This document shows positions 45,601 to 58,260 of a DNA stretch of 64,000 nt, one piece after another. The notes beneath the pieces are model-generated. The model ran no database searches. It saw only the letters and a list, made by a program, of their open reading frames with translations, and was not told the DNA's origin. The stretch is from Octopus sinensis. Lineage: Eukaryota. How positions within the stretch are numbered: the first letter of the stretch is position 1; each line of letters begins with the position of its first letter. The DNA lies in the NCBI RefSeq assembly GCF_006345805.1, contig NC_043001.1, positions 46,810,001 to 46,874,000 on the forward strand, read 5' to 3'. The position numbers were made by a program, and so were the translations under genes.

Positions 45601-46351
45601 CCTCCAAAATTATGCAATGGCATAAGACTTATAAAAAAATTGATGCAGACAGTGTTGGAGGCAACAATACTGACTGGGAAAGCAAGTGGTGAAGATGTTT
45701 TCATTCCAAAGATTCCTCTGATTCCTTCCGACACACAAACTGATTTCAAAAGGCTACAATTCCCACTGAAATTAAGCTTTGAAATGAACATCAACAAAGC
45801 ACAGGGTCAGATATTGGAAGTGGTAGGCCTTAATCTTTGCAGAACCTGATTTTCTCACGGACAGCTCTATGTCAGATGCTCTAGATTTGGAAATCCGGAA
45901 AATTTATTCATCTATGCACCCAACGGCAAAACCAAAAACATTGTGTATCACGAAGCCCTGCAAGACTGAAATTTTGGAATAAAGATGCCTCTCCCTCCGA
46001 CAACCTCTCTTGCCAACCTCCGAAAACCTCTCTCGACAACCTCCGACAATCTCTCTCGCTAACCTCTCCTGCCAACCTCCGAAAACCTCTCTAGATAAGT
46101 TTAGACGACCTCTATAGCCAACCCCCGACAACCTCTCTCACCAACCTCCGACAGTCTTTTTCACCAACCTCCGAAAACCTCACTCGCCAACCTCCAACAA
46201 TCTCTCCCTCCTTCAGCTGACAGTTTTTGTACGTTTTCGTGACGGAAAATACACCTTTTGTGGCAGTAATAACGAAACTGCTTTCTTATATCAGAGTAAT
46301 AAGGTGTTTCAATAGAACATCTTTACCCTTGGGAATTACCGGGCACACCAG

Positions 46352-46355
<4 letters not shown>
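42700..46355 (+). mobile_element. Non-autonomous Helitron (Rep-deleted, disrupted PIF1 helicase)
   Basis: LAVHLESGERVYF, TTLTAFFNLC, LDSPCGTGKTF (Walker A), IIWDEA, LAGDFRQTL, RLQFPLKLSF..INKAQGQ and HGQLYV..SR. The 3' end is a degenerate hairpin (46326-46343) followed by CTAG (46352-46355) then T. The 5' end is approximate and lies within a (TG)n tract. Confidence 0.9.
45990..46215. repeat. Degenerate 23-bp minisatellite inside the Helitron 3' region
   Basis: Unit about ccgaaaacctctctcgccaacct; CCGA recurs at 45997, 46020 and 46043. Confidence 0.85.
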
Positions 46356-46412
<57 letters not shown>

Positions 46413-49400
46413 ATGTATGTATGTACACATACGAAAGTTAGAAGAGGTGTAGTTATTGTGATAGCAATGGAAAAGAAACAGGAAAAAAACCCGGGAACTA
46501 CACGTTTGTAAAATACATGCTGAAGTGTATTGTGAATTTATCTTTGTCAAATCAGTTGGATGGTCTTCATTTTGATGTGGCCTACAATGTTTGCATGTAT
46601 AAATTCATCAATGTGTCATTTATATGTACTGTATTACATTGCAGCTTTTACTTGAGTTTCGTAGAAGGCCAACTTTTATTCAGGGTTGACGTCTAATTCC
46701 TAACTCTATAGAGGGAGGTTACTCTGTGAGATGCGGTTTTATGTGGAGCCGCTGCAAGAAATCATCAAAGATTGTAAAGTTTTAGTACTTGATGTGACGT
46801 AAAAAGTGTAGCCGAATAGTCTTCAATGCTGTTTCGATTCTTAGTTGAAGACATATCTCTCATTTCATTCATTCTTGGAAAGACGCTATATCCTAGTTTC
46901 TACTTCCCTAGTCTCCAATCGAGGGGTGTCTTAATACTGTAGATCAAATGATCTGCTCAACTTATCGCATTCTACATAGCTTAAAAAGTTTTGATTTTAC
47001 TAGAGCCTTGTGGAGAGATGCTTAAAAAGTAATAATTTTGTTTACTGATTAAATTAAATAGAAAAAATAAAATGAGAAATCCAAATCTCACATACGTCGT
47101 CTGTTGAGATTGCAAGGGAAGGGATGCAAGAATGTATGTTCATACCTTTCTCAAGTATTTAAGTGAACCTTTTGGAAAGGAACGACTCGGATTAACTATT
47201 TTACTTTTGTATCTTAAGCACGTTGTTTTATAGACATTGTTAAGTAAGCAAACATGTTCAGTTCATACCTTTCCTACTAGCATTGAAAACTCGCGTGAAA
47301 ACAGTGCTATCTGGGTAACAATACCAATTTACTGAGAACCCGAACTAACGAAGGAGCCTTTACGCGATCGTTTGACCTGATCGCTCTCAAATCATATTTC
47401 ACCCTTAAAACAAAGTTTAAGAAAAAATGGATAATCGAGTCCTAGATAAATCATGTCTTAAAAAGTAATGGGATGATCACGGCTAGAACGCTTTGCTTTT
47501 CTCAATCATGGCACCAACACACTTAAACTTCTAACCCACAGATGTGTTCTGTCTTCTCTCCAGCTTTTCTACCGCTACTATAGTGAGCCCTGCACCTCAC
47601 AACTGAGTGGTAGAACTAAAAGCTTACCATTCAGTCGGAATAAATTCTCCTTTCGTGAAATGTGGAAAAAATAGCAGCCCAGAAGAGACCATTGTTTTAT
47701 AACATTATAATGTACTTTAAAGGTTCAAATATGGACAATAACAATTGGCCGAAACGTAACGTAGGCGAAAAAATGTAACTAACTGTACTTATTATACAGA
47801 GTGGGACTCAGTCCGTACATCGGTCGGAGGCCCAGAGAACCAATGAAGTGCTCGTGAATATCTGATGCGCGCCCTTCGAAAAGGAAACTGCGCGAGTTTT
47901 CGAGAGTATGCTATTCTCACCAGGCGAGACAAAAGTAATAATATTCTGCTTTACAAAATTTCTGCTAAATGATCTCGAGTCAACTCAGTCACCTCCGCCT
48001 CACTTGTATCCCCTCCATTTGGATACTAATTACAAAAGCTAATCTTTGTCCAAGAACGTCGATACACTGGAATGTCTCTTACCCTGCACGTGGTTTTTCC
48101 TTGAAACTGTCGACTTAGAGAGCTTGCGAAAGTAACGAGCACACCCCCTTCCATCAGACTAATCCGAAACAAAACAAAAAACTGCCGATTTGGGATTAAA
48201 CAAACCATCCCATCACATCGCCCAAAAATAAATAGGTCGGAATAACAAAATATACGAACACTGTAACTTATTCCTTTATTCCTATATTCCACTACTATTA
48301 CTACTACCCGGTGATTCTCAACGAACACGATTATATGAATATAAACAACCAATATGGCTCAGGTTAGTAACATATTTTTAAGCTGTCTTTAGTTTGGTTC
48401 TATTTTCGATAAAATTAATGTCCATTCAGCAGTCCTTTATTGTATTGTATCTCAATATACATTTCCAATTATTACATGTCGTATTACAGGCGTTCTTAAT
48501 AACGTTTTTAAACATGTTTTATCCTCCGAATAATTCGTGTCTAAATTATCTACTTAGAACTACTATAGTTAAAACATTTGCACTGTCAACGGATATACAT
48601 TTTTGGGTCTTATGTAGGTCTATTCTTCTTAATTTTATAATTGTTGATTTCAGACAATAATAATTTGTGTGTCATAGTACCAACAAAAGAATCCTCATTA
48701 TTGTAAAAGTTGTTTTGTCATCGCATTGATTGCTACCTACGTGGATAGTAACTGTCAAAATATTAGGGAGACGTGTGTGCGAATAATATGTGCGCGTTTT
48801 TAAATACTTGCTGTCTACTTGTAAACACAGAAAAAAGTACTCAATACATATACAGTTTATTTAATTCGTTCGCTATCACTTCGAGTTTCTCTTGTTTACT
48901 CATTTGTTCTGGTTCCTTATTCTCACTACATACTTACACATACTGGTTCAGTGATATTTCGTTTATATTGCCTGCTGTTAGTATTGTAGCTTTCGAAATA
49001 ACAGTTCTGTGTTACAGTTGTGGTGGAAGTAGTTTAGCTTAGATTGTCCCTGATCGAGCGGACTTATGGTCAAAGCCGTTCCAACCGTGACCATTGTTTT
49101 TAACCAGGAACACAAGATGATGTAGTCCTGGACAAGATGAATTTTTGCTATACCCCCACCCCCGTTTTGTGAGACAAGTGAAAACTCTAATCCGCAGACT
49201 TTTCGGAATAGTTATTACTACCTCATGGAGAAAGAAAATGGCAAATTATCGTTTCCTGTTGTGAAAGAATTTTCTGTCCAATACTTTAATTTACCTTTTC
49301 CGGCGAAGTTTTACTACTCCACTCGTTCTACAAGACGCATATAATAGTAAAGAACTACGCTGGGCTATGTGTGTATTTAAAAAAAACAACTCAAAAACTC

Positions 49401-50760
49401 ACGAGGGTATGATGCAAGAGCAATTCGGCTGCTATTTCTAGCTAGTGGAGCGACTACATTGAGGCGTCATTTTTCTCTATAGTAATTAGTGGTAATGATA
49501 GTAAATAGTTGCTAAGTTCTTGTTCTTATTGAAAATTTGTTTTTGCTGTAAATATATGGGCCAAATATTTTTCACCGCTGACGATACTAGTTCACCATTA
49601 GGGTTGCACAAATGTGTAGCTATAGCAGTTTTGTCGTTTTGATTTTTCTTTTTTTTTAGACTTGGTGGAATTAAACATTTCGTTTGTTTTGCGTTTCTGC
49701 CAAAGGAGGTACATCTGACAGCATTTTAATGATAATGGTTTCTTGCATAAGGCTGCATATTTTGGCATAGTTGATTATCTATTACATAGACCACAGTCAA
49801 CGAGTGAGGCGCTGGCTTTTCTAAGTGGTAATTGGAGCTGCTAGAAATTACAACCAAATCACCCTCGAATTACATCCTAAATTCTTAAAGAAAATACATT
49901 CGATAATGTAGTCAGGTATCTTGGAAATTAAATTTTATATTACGGCCGACTTAGTAGTTAAAAACAAAAACAACTACTTTGTTTTACCAATCGTCTAATA
50001 CTAAAAAGTAAAGTTCATCTCGACGAAATTTGAATTTAGTCCGTAAAGGTACGTCACTAAAACGCCACAACAATGCAACGCTCACTAACAACAGTTTCTG
50101 CCAATTATGAGGTGGGTGGTTGATCAGATCGATTCCAGCACTTAACAGGTACTTCATTTTGTGGATCTTGGAAGCATGTAAATTACAGTCGTCCCCAGCG
50201 GGATTTGAACACAGAACGTAAAATGACATAACCAAATACTACAAAGTGTTTTGTCCATCGTTTTACCGATTCCACCATTGATAATAATGATAATTATCTA
50301 TTCTAACTTAAACACGAAGCTACAAATTTGTAGCGAGATGGTTCGTCGATAAAAATCGACTCCTGGATTTCGCTGGTATTTTATTTTATCAATTCCGAAG
50401 TTGTCCTCTGTAAGATTTGAACTAACAACCTAAAGAACTAGAAAAAAAAAGTGCAAGGCATTTCGGTCTATTCTGCCGAACCGCTAAGTTACAGGGACGT
50501 AAACACACCACCATCAGTTGTCAAGCGATGTTGGGGGGGGGGGGTCAAACACACACACACACACATACATATATACGACCGGCTTCTTTCAGTTTCCGTC
50601 TACCAAATCACAATGCTTTGGTCGGCCCGAGTCCATAGCAGACACTTGCCCAAAGTGCCACACAGTGGGACTGAACCCGGAACCATGTGGTTGGTAAGCA
50701 AGCTACTTACCACACAGCCACTCCTGTGCCTAATTAATTACTTTTACCTTTTTATTATTA

Positions 50761-50804
<44 letters not shown>

Positions 50805-53152
50805 TATATATATTCATCCATTCAGTTTTGCAGTCCCTCACTATATCCATCGCTATGTGCCTCTCGTATCCACTTCTGTCACTGTGCATTTTCTCTCTCC
50901 CCCACACTTCACATCGTCTCTCTATTTCTTATCTGTCAACTATTTTATTGTGCTATTGATTGCTCTCCAGCCCTCCTCCTATGTATTACCATTTGTTACC
51001 TCCTTCACCCTGACCTACCCCAATATTCCTTATACCCCCCCCTACACAGATTCACCATTGCCAACGTCTCAGTGTTTATCATTCACTGTATCTCATCCTA
51101 TCCTTATCTTTACCAACTACCACTCTCCTTTTACACTCCTGGAAATCTACCTACCCAGCCATCCTTGATTCTTGGTCCCTATTCTGTTTTTATCTACCTT
51201 CTTGTAACTTAAGGACACACCCTGATACCTCATCTCCATTCTTTCTCTCTTTCAGGATGGGATGCTGTGTGTCTCCCCTACAATATGACACCTGTTCCTA
51301 TCATACCTAATCGTCTAAACACCTGGCATAAAGCCACCACTCTTAATACTTCACCCTCACTCTCCCAAGGAGCTCTCTTGTCTTGTAGGTTACTTAGTGA
51401 CCTCACAAGTGCTGGTGCAGTGACAGTAAAAAATTACCCATTACACTCTGTGGTTGGTATTAAGAAGAGCATCCAAGCATAGAATCCTTGCCAAAGTAGA
51501 CAATGGAATTCAACACAAGCCTCTGACTTGGATCCTGTTGAACTGTCCAACCCATGCCTCCATGGAATATAGATGTTAGATGTTGATAGATATATGTGTG
51601 TGTATAAATGTAATATATGTATATGTGTGTGTGTGTATATATTGTCTTGTTATTCTCCTTGTCCTGTCTTTTACTGTTTATATTTTGTACTGTTGTTACT
51701 GTCCTGTTTTTGTTACCATTTTTACCCCCTCTGCAAAAAGATCTCAAATTTTATTTAAATTTGCTTTTCGCGGGAAGGAAAGTTTCTATCGAAGATGCGT
51801 ATCGCCTTCACCTTCGAAACGCAGAGTAGATGAAACCATGGCGACTGAAGAAGGGGAATTTTCCTTGTGTTATTTTTCCTATACTCTATTTTTTCATTGT
51901 TTAAGAAAAATGTCCAGTTCCTTGGTTTTGTGTTTATGTTTTCGTTTCTCATTGTGTCGACGTTTTTTTGGTGTCCTGTACCCATATATGCATGTATATA
52001 TACATGTAGAGGTAGGTACATACATATATGTATGTATATATGCATATGTTTTATTTATTAATTTATTATATGTATATATATATATATAATATAGGTGCAG
52101 GCATGGCTGTGTTATAAGAAGTTTGCTTTCCAATCACATGCCTTCAGGTTTAGTCCCACTGTGTGGCACATTAACCAAGTGTCTTCAACTGTGGCCCCGG
52201 GCCAACTAAAAACTTGTGAGTGGGTTTGGTAGGCAGACTGGAAGAAGCCCATTGTGTGTGTATCTTTGTGTTTATGTGTGCCCTTACTGTTTGACAACCA
52301 GTGTTGGTTTATTTACATTCCCATAATTTAGGAGTTCAGGAAAAGAGAATGAATATCAGACTTTTAAAAAAATAAGTACTGGTGTTGATTTGTTTGACTA
52401 TAACCATTGAAGGCAGTGCCTGAGCTTGACCACAGTCCAATGACTGAAACAAATAAAAGATATACACACACATACATACTCATATAGTATATACACACAT
52501 TATATCTACACATTATATTTACACACTGACGAAGCTGCCTATTATGATCACTTTGGAGTGGCATGGTTTAGTAAACAATAATCAGCTGATAACATTATTC
52601 ATGAGTATAATAAGAAATAGCTTCCAGTGTGTGTGTGTATGCATGTATGTGTGTGTATGATGGTGATGATGTTGATCATCATCATCTTTGCTAGCATTGG
52701 TTGGTTGGTTCAGCTGGAACATGTCAGCATGGGGAGAGCAGATATTAAATGATTATGATGATGCATACATGTTGTATGTGACAGTTTGGGTGTGTATCTA
52801 AAATAGTAGTAGTAGTAGTAGTATGTTAGTTGGCAGTGTTCTTGTTGCTGACGCTTGTTGACTGTCATGTTTCTCTCTCAGCAATGTTTGCCCACTGTGG
52901 AGCTGAGTAAACAGCTCTTGATAGGACAGTATCTTTAGATGTTATTCTTGCTTCAAAAAATTTTTTTATGCAACCTGTTTCCGTCACCACTATCTATCCA
53001 TCCATCCATCCTCCCTCCCTCCCTTCCTTCCTTCCTTTTGCATAGTTCAGTCATTTGACTGCAGCCATGCTGGAGCACTGCCTTGAAGGGTTTTAATCAA
53101 AGAAATTGACCCCAGAACTTATTGTTTGTAAACCTAGTACTTATTCTGTCAA

Positions 53153-53537
53153 GGCGCAATGGCCCAGTGGTTAGGGCAGCGGACTCGCGGCCATAGGATC
53201 ACGGTTTCGATCCCCAGACCGGGCGTTGTGAGTGTTTATTGAGCGAAAACACCTAAAAGCTCCACGAGGCTCCGGCAGGGGATGGTGGTGATCCCTGCTG
53301 TACTCTTTCACCACAACTTTCTCTCACTCTTACTTCCTGTTTCTGTTGTACCTGTATTTCAAGGGGCCAGCCTTGTTACTCTCTGTGTCAAGCTGAATAT
53401 CCCCGAGAACTACGTTAAGGGTGCACGTGTCTGTGGAGTGCTCAGCCACTTACACGTTAATTTCACGAGCAGGCTGTTCCGTTGATTTGGATCAACCAGA
53501 ACCCTCATCGTCGTAACCGACGGAGTTCTTCCCTCCT
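53153..53537 (+). mobile_element. Young tRNA-derived SINE nested in an older SINE, with target-site duplication
   Basis: tRNA-like head ggcgcaatggcccagtggttagggcagcggactcgc...ggtttcgatcccc (A and B boxes). TSD tagtacttattct at 53135-53147 and 53538-53550. Confidence 0.85.
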
Positions 53538-54479
53538 TAGTACTTATTCTATCAGTCATTTTTGCTGAACCACTAACTTATGGGGATATAAACACACCAC
53601 CATCGGTTGTGAGGCAATGGTGGTGGTGGGAAACAAACACAGACACAAAGACACACATAAATATATATACAACAGGCTTCTTTCAGTTTCTGTCTACCAA
53701 ATCCACTATCAAGGCTTTGATCGGCCTTAGGTTATAGTAGAAGACACTTGCCTAATGTGCCAGGCAGTGAGACTGAACCCAGAACTATGTAGTTGGGAAG
53801 CAAGCTTCTTACCACACAGTCACACCCGCACCATCATCATTTAATGTCAGCTTTCCATGCTGGCATGGGTTGGATGGTTTGACACGAGCTGTCAGCTAAA
53901 GAGTTGCCTGGGCTCCATGTCTGTTTTAGCATGGTTTCTATGGTGGATACCTTTCCTAACACCAACAACTTTATAGAGTGTACTGGATATTTTTACAAAG
54001 CATCAGCATGAGCACTTTTACATGGCACAGGTACTTTTTATGCGGCACCAGCACCCACAAGATTAGGATCACTCAGCTGAAGAAGGATGCAGGGGACATG
54101 GCTGTGTGCAATGACAACCATGATTTTACTTAGCTTGATGTGTCTTCTCAAACAGTGAACTGCAAGAGGTCTTGTGTGTGTGTATATATATATATAATTA
54201 ATCGTTGTCTTTTAACATCCACTTTCCATGCTGGCATGGATTGGATGGTTTAAATGAGGACTAGCAAGCCAGGAGGCTGCACCAGGCTCCAATCTAATCT
54301 TGCAAGGTTTCTACAGCTGAATGCCCTTCCTAATGCCAACCTCTCTGAGAGTGTAAAGGGTGCTTTTTATGTGCCACCGGCAAGGAAACCACTCAGGTGG
54401 CACTGGCATCGACCATGTTCAAATAGTACTTTTTACATGCCACCAGCACAGGAGCGACAATTCACCCATTGCACTCTCA

Positions 54480-54825
54480 CCCAGTCAACATTATGGTATT
54501 TGGAGTGATCACTAGTGATGGTGACATTATGCTTCCATTCATCTCCTCACATGGCCTCAGACTCAACATGGAGGCCTACATCAGGTGACTGAAGGAAGTA
54601 GTGCTGCCCTGGGTCAAGAGAGTGGCTACTGGAAGACCCTATGTCTGGCAACAGGACTCTGCACCATGCTACACATGCAGAACTCAGTCATGGCTGTCAG
54701 ACAATTTCTGTGACCACATCACTCCTAAAATCTGGCCACCTAACTCCCGAGACTGTCACCTCCTTGATTATTGTGTGGCACGCAGTTGAGCGAGAGACCA
54801 ACAAAACTCCTTGTAACACCAAATT
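54480..54825 (+). mobile_element. Tc1/mariner-superfamily catalytic-domain fragment (maT/DD37D-like)
   Basis: IMVFGVITSDG...WQQDSAPCYT...WPPNSRDCHLLDY. There are 36 residues between the last two D here, so probably one codon was lost from DD37D. Confidence 0.7.
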
Positions 54826-56817
54826 ACAAGTCACTTCTTAGTCTGGTTCTCTTACACTATGAGAAATCAGAATTATCTTCATTTTATTCATATGAGATTA
54901 TAGGATTATTCTATAATAATCTTCTATGATTTGTCTGCCCTAAAGCAAAAGAAGAATAAAAGGCTTCCACCTCCTCCCATGACATTGTTCTCTTTGTGAG
55001 CATTCTCATCCAAGTTAAGGCATTGCCTCATGCAATTATATCTGGTTGGTTTCATAGAGTTTATATGTATTTTATATGAATTGTCTCTGTAAATGTGTTA
55101 ATACTTTATTGTCATATGTCTTTAGATAGGTTGATGGCTTGGTCTTTTGTTGAATATGTTTCTGTGACAATATGAACATGGATATGTCTTCACAAGTATA
55201 AAACTTCCTTGCACACACACACACACCAAACACACCAAACACACATTTTTACATACACATATGCTTGTGTGTACATATATGACTGTACACACATGTACAT
55301 TCCTTTATTTAACATCAGCTTTCCTTTGCTAGTATTTTATGGCAACATTTTATAGCTGGATGGCCATCTTGTCACCAATGCTTAGTTGTTTTTGAAATGA
55401 GGTATCTTTTATTCCACTGGTCATCAAAAACTCAGAATGATTGTTCATTATGTCAGCAAGGAATGTAAACATCACACCACCACTTCAATCTGACAAACAA
55501 ATCTATGGAAAATCAACATCGATGCACACGTCCCCCCCCCCCATTGTTTGAGCTACTACTTCTCAACATTGAGGTCACAGCTCCAGTACTACAGACGGGT
55601 GATCTGCAGGAATGAATCACAAGGTGGATTCTTCAAGCTGAGCTAACTAGCAGGAGACCTAAAGGTCAACTGAGAACATGATACTTAGATAACATCCATA
55701 GTCTCAATTGGTCATGCTTGAGAATCCAGCCAAGAATTCTTATGTTGTTTACTTCTGATAGGACCCTACAGAAGAGGTGCCTAAGGACTCTGTTCGGTGT
55801 CACTACTCTGAGTGTTACACTTTGTGCATTTGCTTTTGTGCCTGAGCAGTTGTAAAAGAATCAAGAAACAGAGAAGCAACAGAGTGCAGCATCAGTTTCA
55901 ACTAACTAAAATAAACTTTGCTACGTTTATTGAGTTCTCCTTTTCTCATTTGTTCATCAAATCATATGTATGTGTGTATGTCTTAATTTGTATAATTTGC
56001 ACATTACTTCTTCTCCCTCCACATTTCACTTAATTAGTACTTTAAATAACCAACCTTTATTGTTTGAGCTATGTCTATTTTTGGTCTCTCAATCCATTTA
56101 CTTCGGAAAGAGCAATTGGTCTATTTCATTATCAGACTGTTATTACCATTGCTAACCTGAAGAAAGCTTCAGATAGTCTTTAGGTGTTTGTGTGAGTATG
56201 TGTGTGTGGAGTGTAGCCTACATAATTTATACTTTGTCTAGTATAAAATGTTGATAATTAGAATGATGATGAGAGGAAATTGATCTGAATTGTTCCTGCC
56301 ACCCACCTATCACTATCTGACTATGTCCATCTGTCTGTTGTTGTGTTAGCTCCAGGTCAGCTGTAGCCTAACAGGCATATTATCTAAAGGCAATGTGGCT
56401 TTGACCATCCTCTCTTTTTTTTTGTTTTTCTGAGACAGTGTATTTAGGGCCTCATTGTTGAATGTTTCTTTATTTAAAGAGAGTAGGTTGTGATTTGAGG
56501 AGATTTGGTTCTTATTTTTAGCTGGTTGAGCAATTAGGTATAGGCTCCGTCTAGTGTCCTCCTAATAAATGTCCTCTCTGCAGGGAAACTGTGAAGCTAA
56601 TTTAGCTGATCTTTTCTCTCTACTCTTCACCCTCCTCTGTCTGTCTGTCTCCCCACCTCATGCATATTCATGTGTGTTGTGCATAATCCACATATACATA
56701 CCCACACACTTCACTTTTTTTTTTCTATCTATAAATATAATGCACATTTAAGCTTTCAGAAAAAAAAAACAGATGTTAAATCATTGTATAGGCACTCATA
56801 CATACTCATACACACTT

Positions 56818-56858
<41 letters not shown>

Positions 56859-57654
56859 TTACAGATTTATAGTTTATATACATACATCAGTTATCAACAG
56901 CTGGTCTGATCTTCAGTTTCTTTTTACAGTTAACCATTTCTTACATTATCAAGTACAGTAGTTAGCAGTCAGCAAGTCAATCAGTTTATTAGCTAAGCTA
57001 TTTCAGTCTGCAGAAAAGAGCTAGTAACTCTGAACATTTCATACTAAATTTGAAACTTTTTGGACAATGATTTATTGTTATGACACTCAGCATTAAAAAT
57101 ATCTAGGTCATTTCAAAGCATGACCTTTCAGAAATAATCTATTTGAACATAAAATGCAATCAACTGAGAAACTTTATACTTTTGCAGTTCACCATTCATC
57201 ATCATAGTATAAATGTCCATTTGGATCTCTTCAGTTTGGTTCCTGGATTTTTAAATTATTTTTTTAAACTAAGCAGTTTGAAACTTCACATACTGATGTA
57301 ATTTCTCACTCTGAACACAGTTTACTTTCAACATTTTTGACAAAATTTTGTAATTTAGAAGTTATTTTGGGTTAAAGTTGTCGTATTTGGGTAATTTTAA
57401 CCAATCAACGACGTGTATTCAGCCGAAGAAACCTACTGCTCTTTGCGATAGTAATCAAAGAGCAACAACTTCAGGGTCATCGCTATTAAATGTATTTTTG
57501 GATCTCTTCAGTTTGGCTCACAGCCAAGCTAAAGAACACGACAAATAATCCACACATGGTTGAAAAATAATTTTAGTAGAGATTTGAGATAATCTAATTC
57601 CTGCACACAAGAATTAGATTCTCTCAAATGCCCAGGAGGCTCTCTTGAGGTTTC

Positions 57655-58260
57655 TGTTACCTAGGTGACCAAATTAGCAATAGTGGAAGATGCTCTGAAA
57701 GTATTGTTTCTAGAATAAGAATTGGGTGGAGGAAGTTCAGAGAGTTACTATCTCTGTTGGCAACAAAAGGCCTCTCTCTCAGAGTGAATGGTAGACTATA
57801 TGATGGTTGTGTATAAATGGTTATACTCCATGGTACTGAGACATGGGCTCTGAATGCTGAAGACATGCATAGACCGGAGAGAAACGAAGGTAGTATGCTC
57901 TGTTGGATGTGCAACATCAGTGCACATGTATGACAAAGTGCAAATGTATTGAGAGAAAAGTTGGGCATAAGAGGAATCAAATGTAGCATACAAGAGAGAA
58001 GACTATGTTAGTCTGGACAAGTGATGCGTATGAATGGGGACAGCTGCATAAAGAAGTGCCAATCACTGATAGTGGATGGTTCCTGTGGAAGAGGGAGACC
58101 CAGGAAGACATGGGATGAGGTGGTAAGGACTGATCTCAGGAAGTTGGACCTCATGGAGGAAATGACCATGGACTGAGATGTCTGATGATATGAAGTTCTT
58201 GAATGTCTGATGATATGAAGTTCTTGAAAAGACCTGCCCACATTAGCAAAACTGAGTTCT
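57655..58260 (+). mobile_element. Degenerate RTE-clade LINE 3' fragment
   Basis: YLGDQIS...SRIRIGWRKFRELL...LHGTETWAL...ERNEGSMLCWMC...LREKLGIRGI...GRGRPRKTWDEVV, with stops. A similar minus-strand piece lies at about 19650-19810. Confidence 0.8.

Noticed and set aside
47820-47900. Possible C/D snoRNA or snRNA in the CpG-rich patch
   Set aside because: Only a partial box C-like motif and a CTGA about 15 nt apart, with no terminal stem and no match to an snRNA I recognise.
53153-53225. tRNA-like sequence
   Set aside because: It is the head of a SINE with a body and TSD; I could not fold a complete cloverleaf with an acceptor stem.
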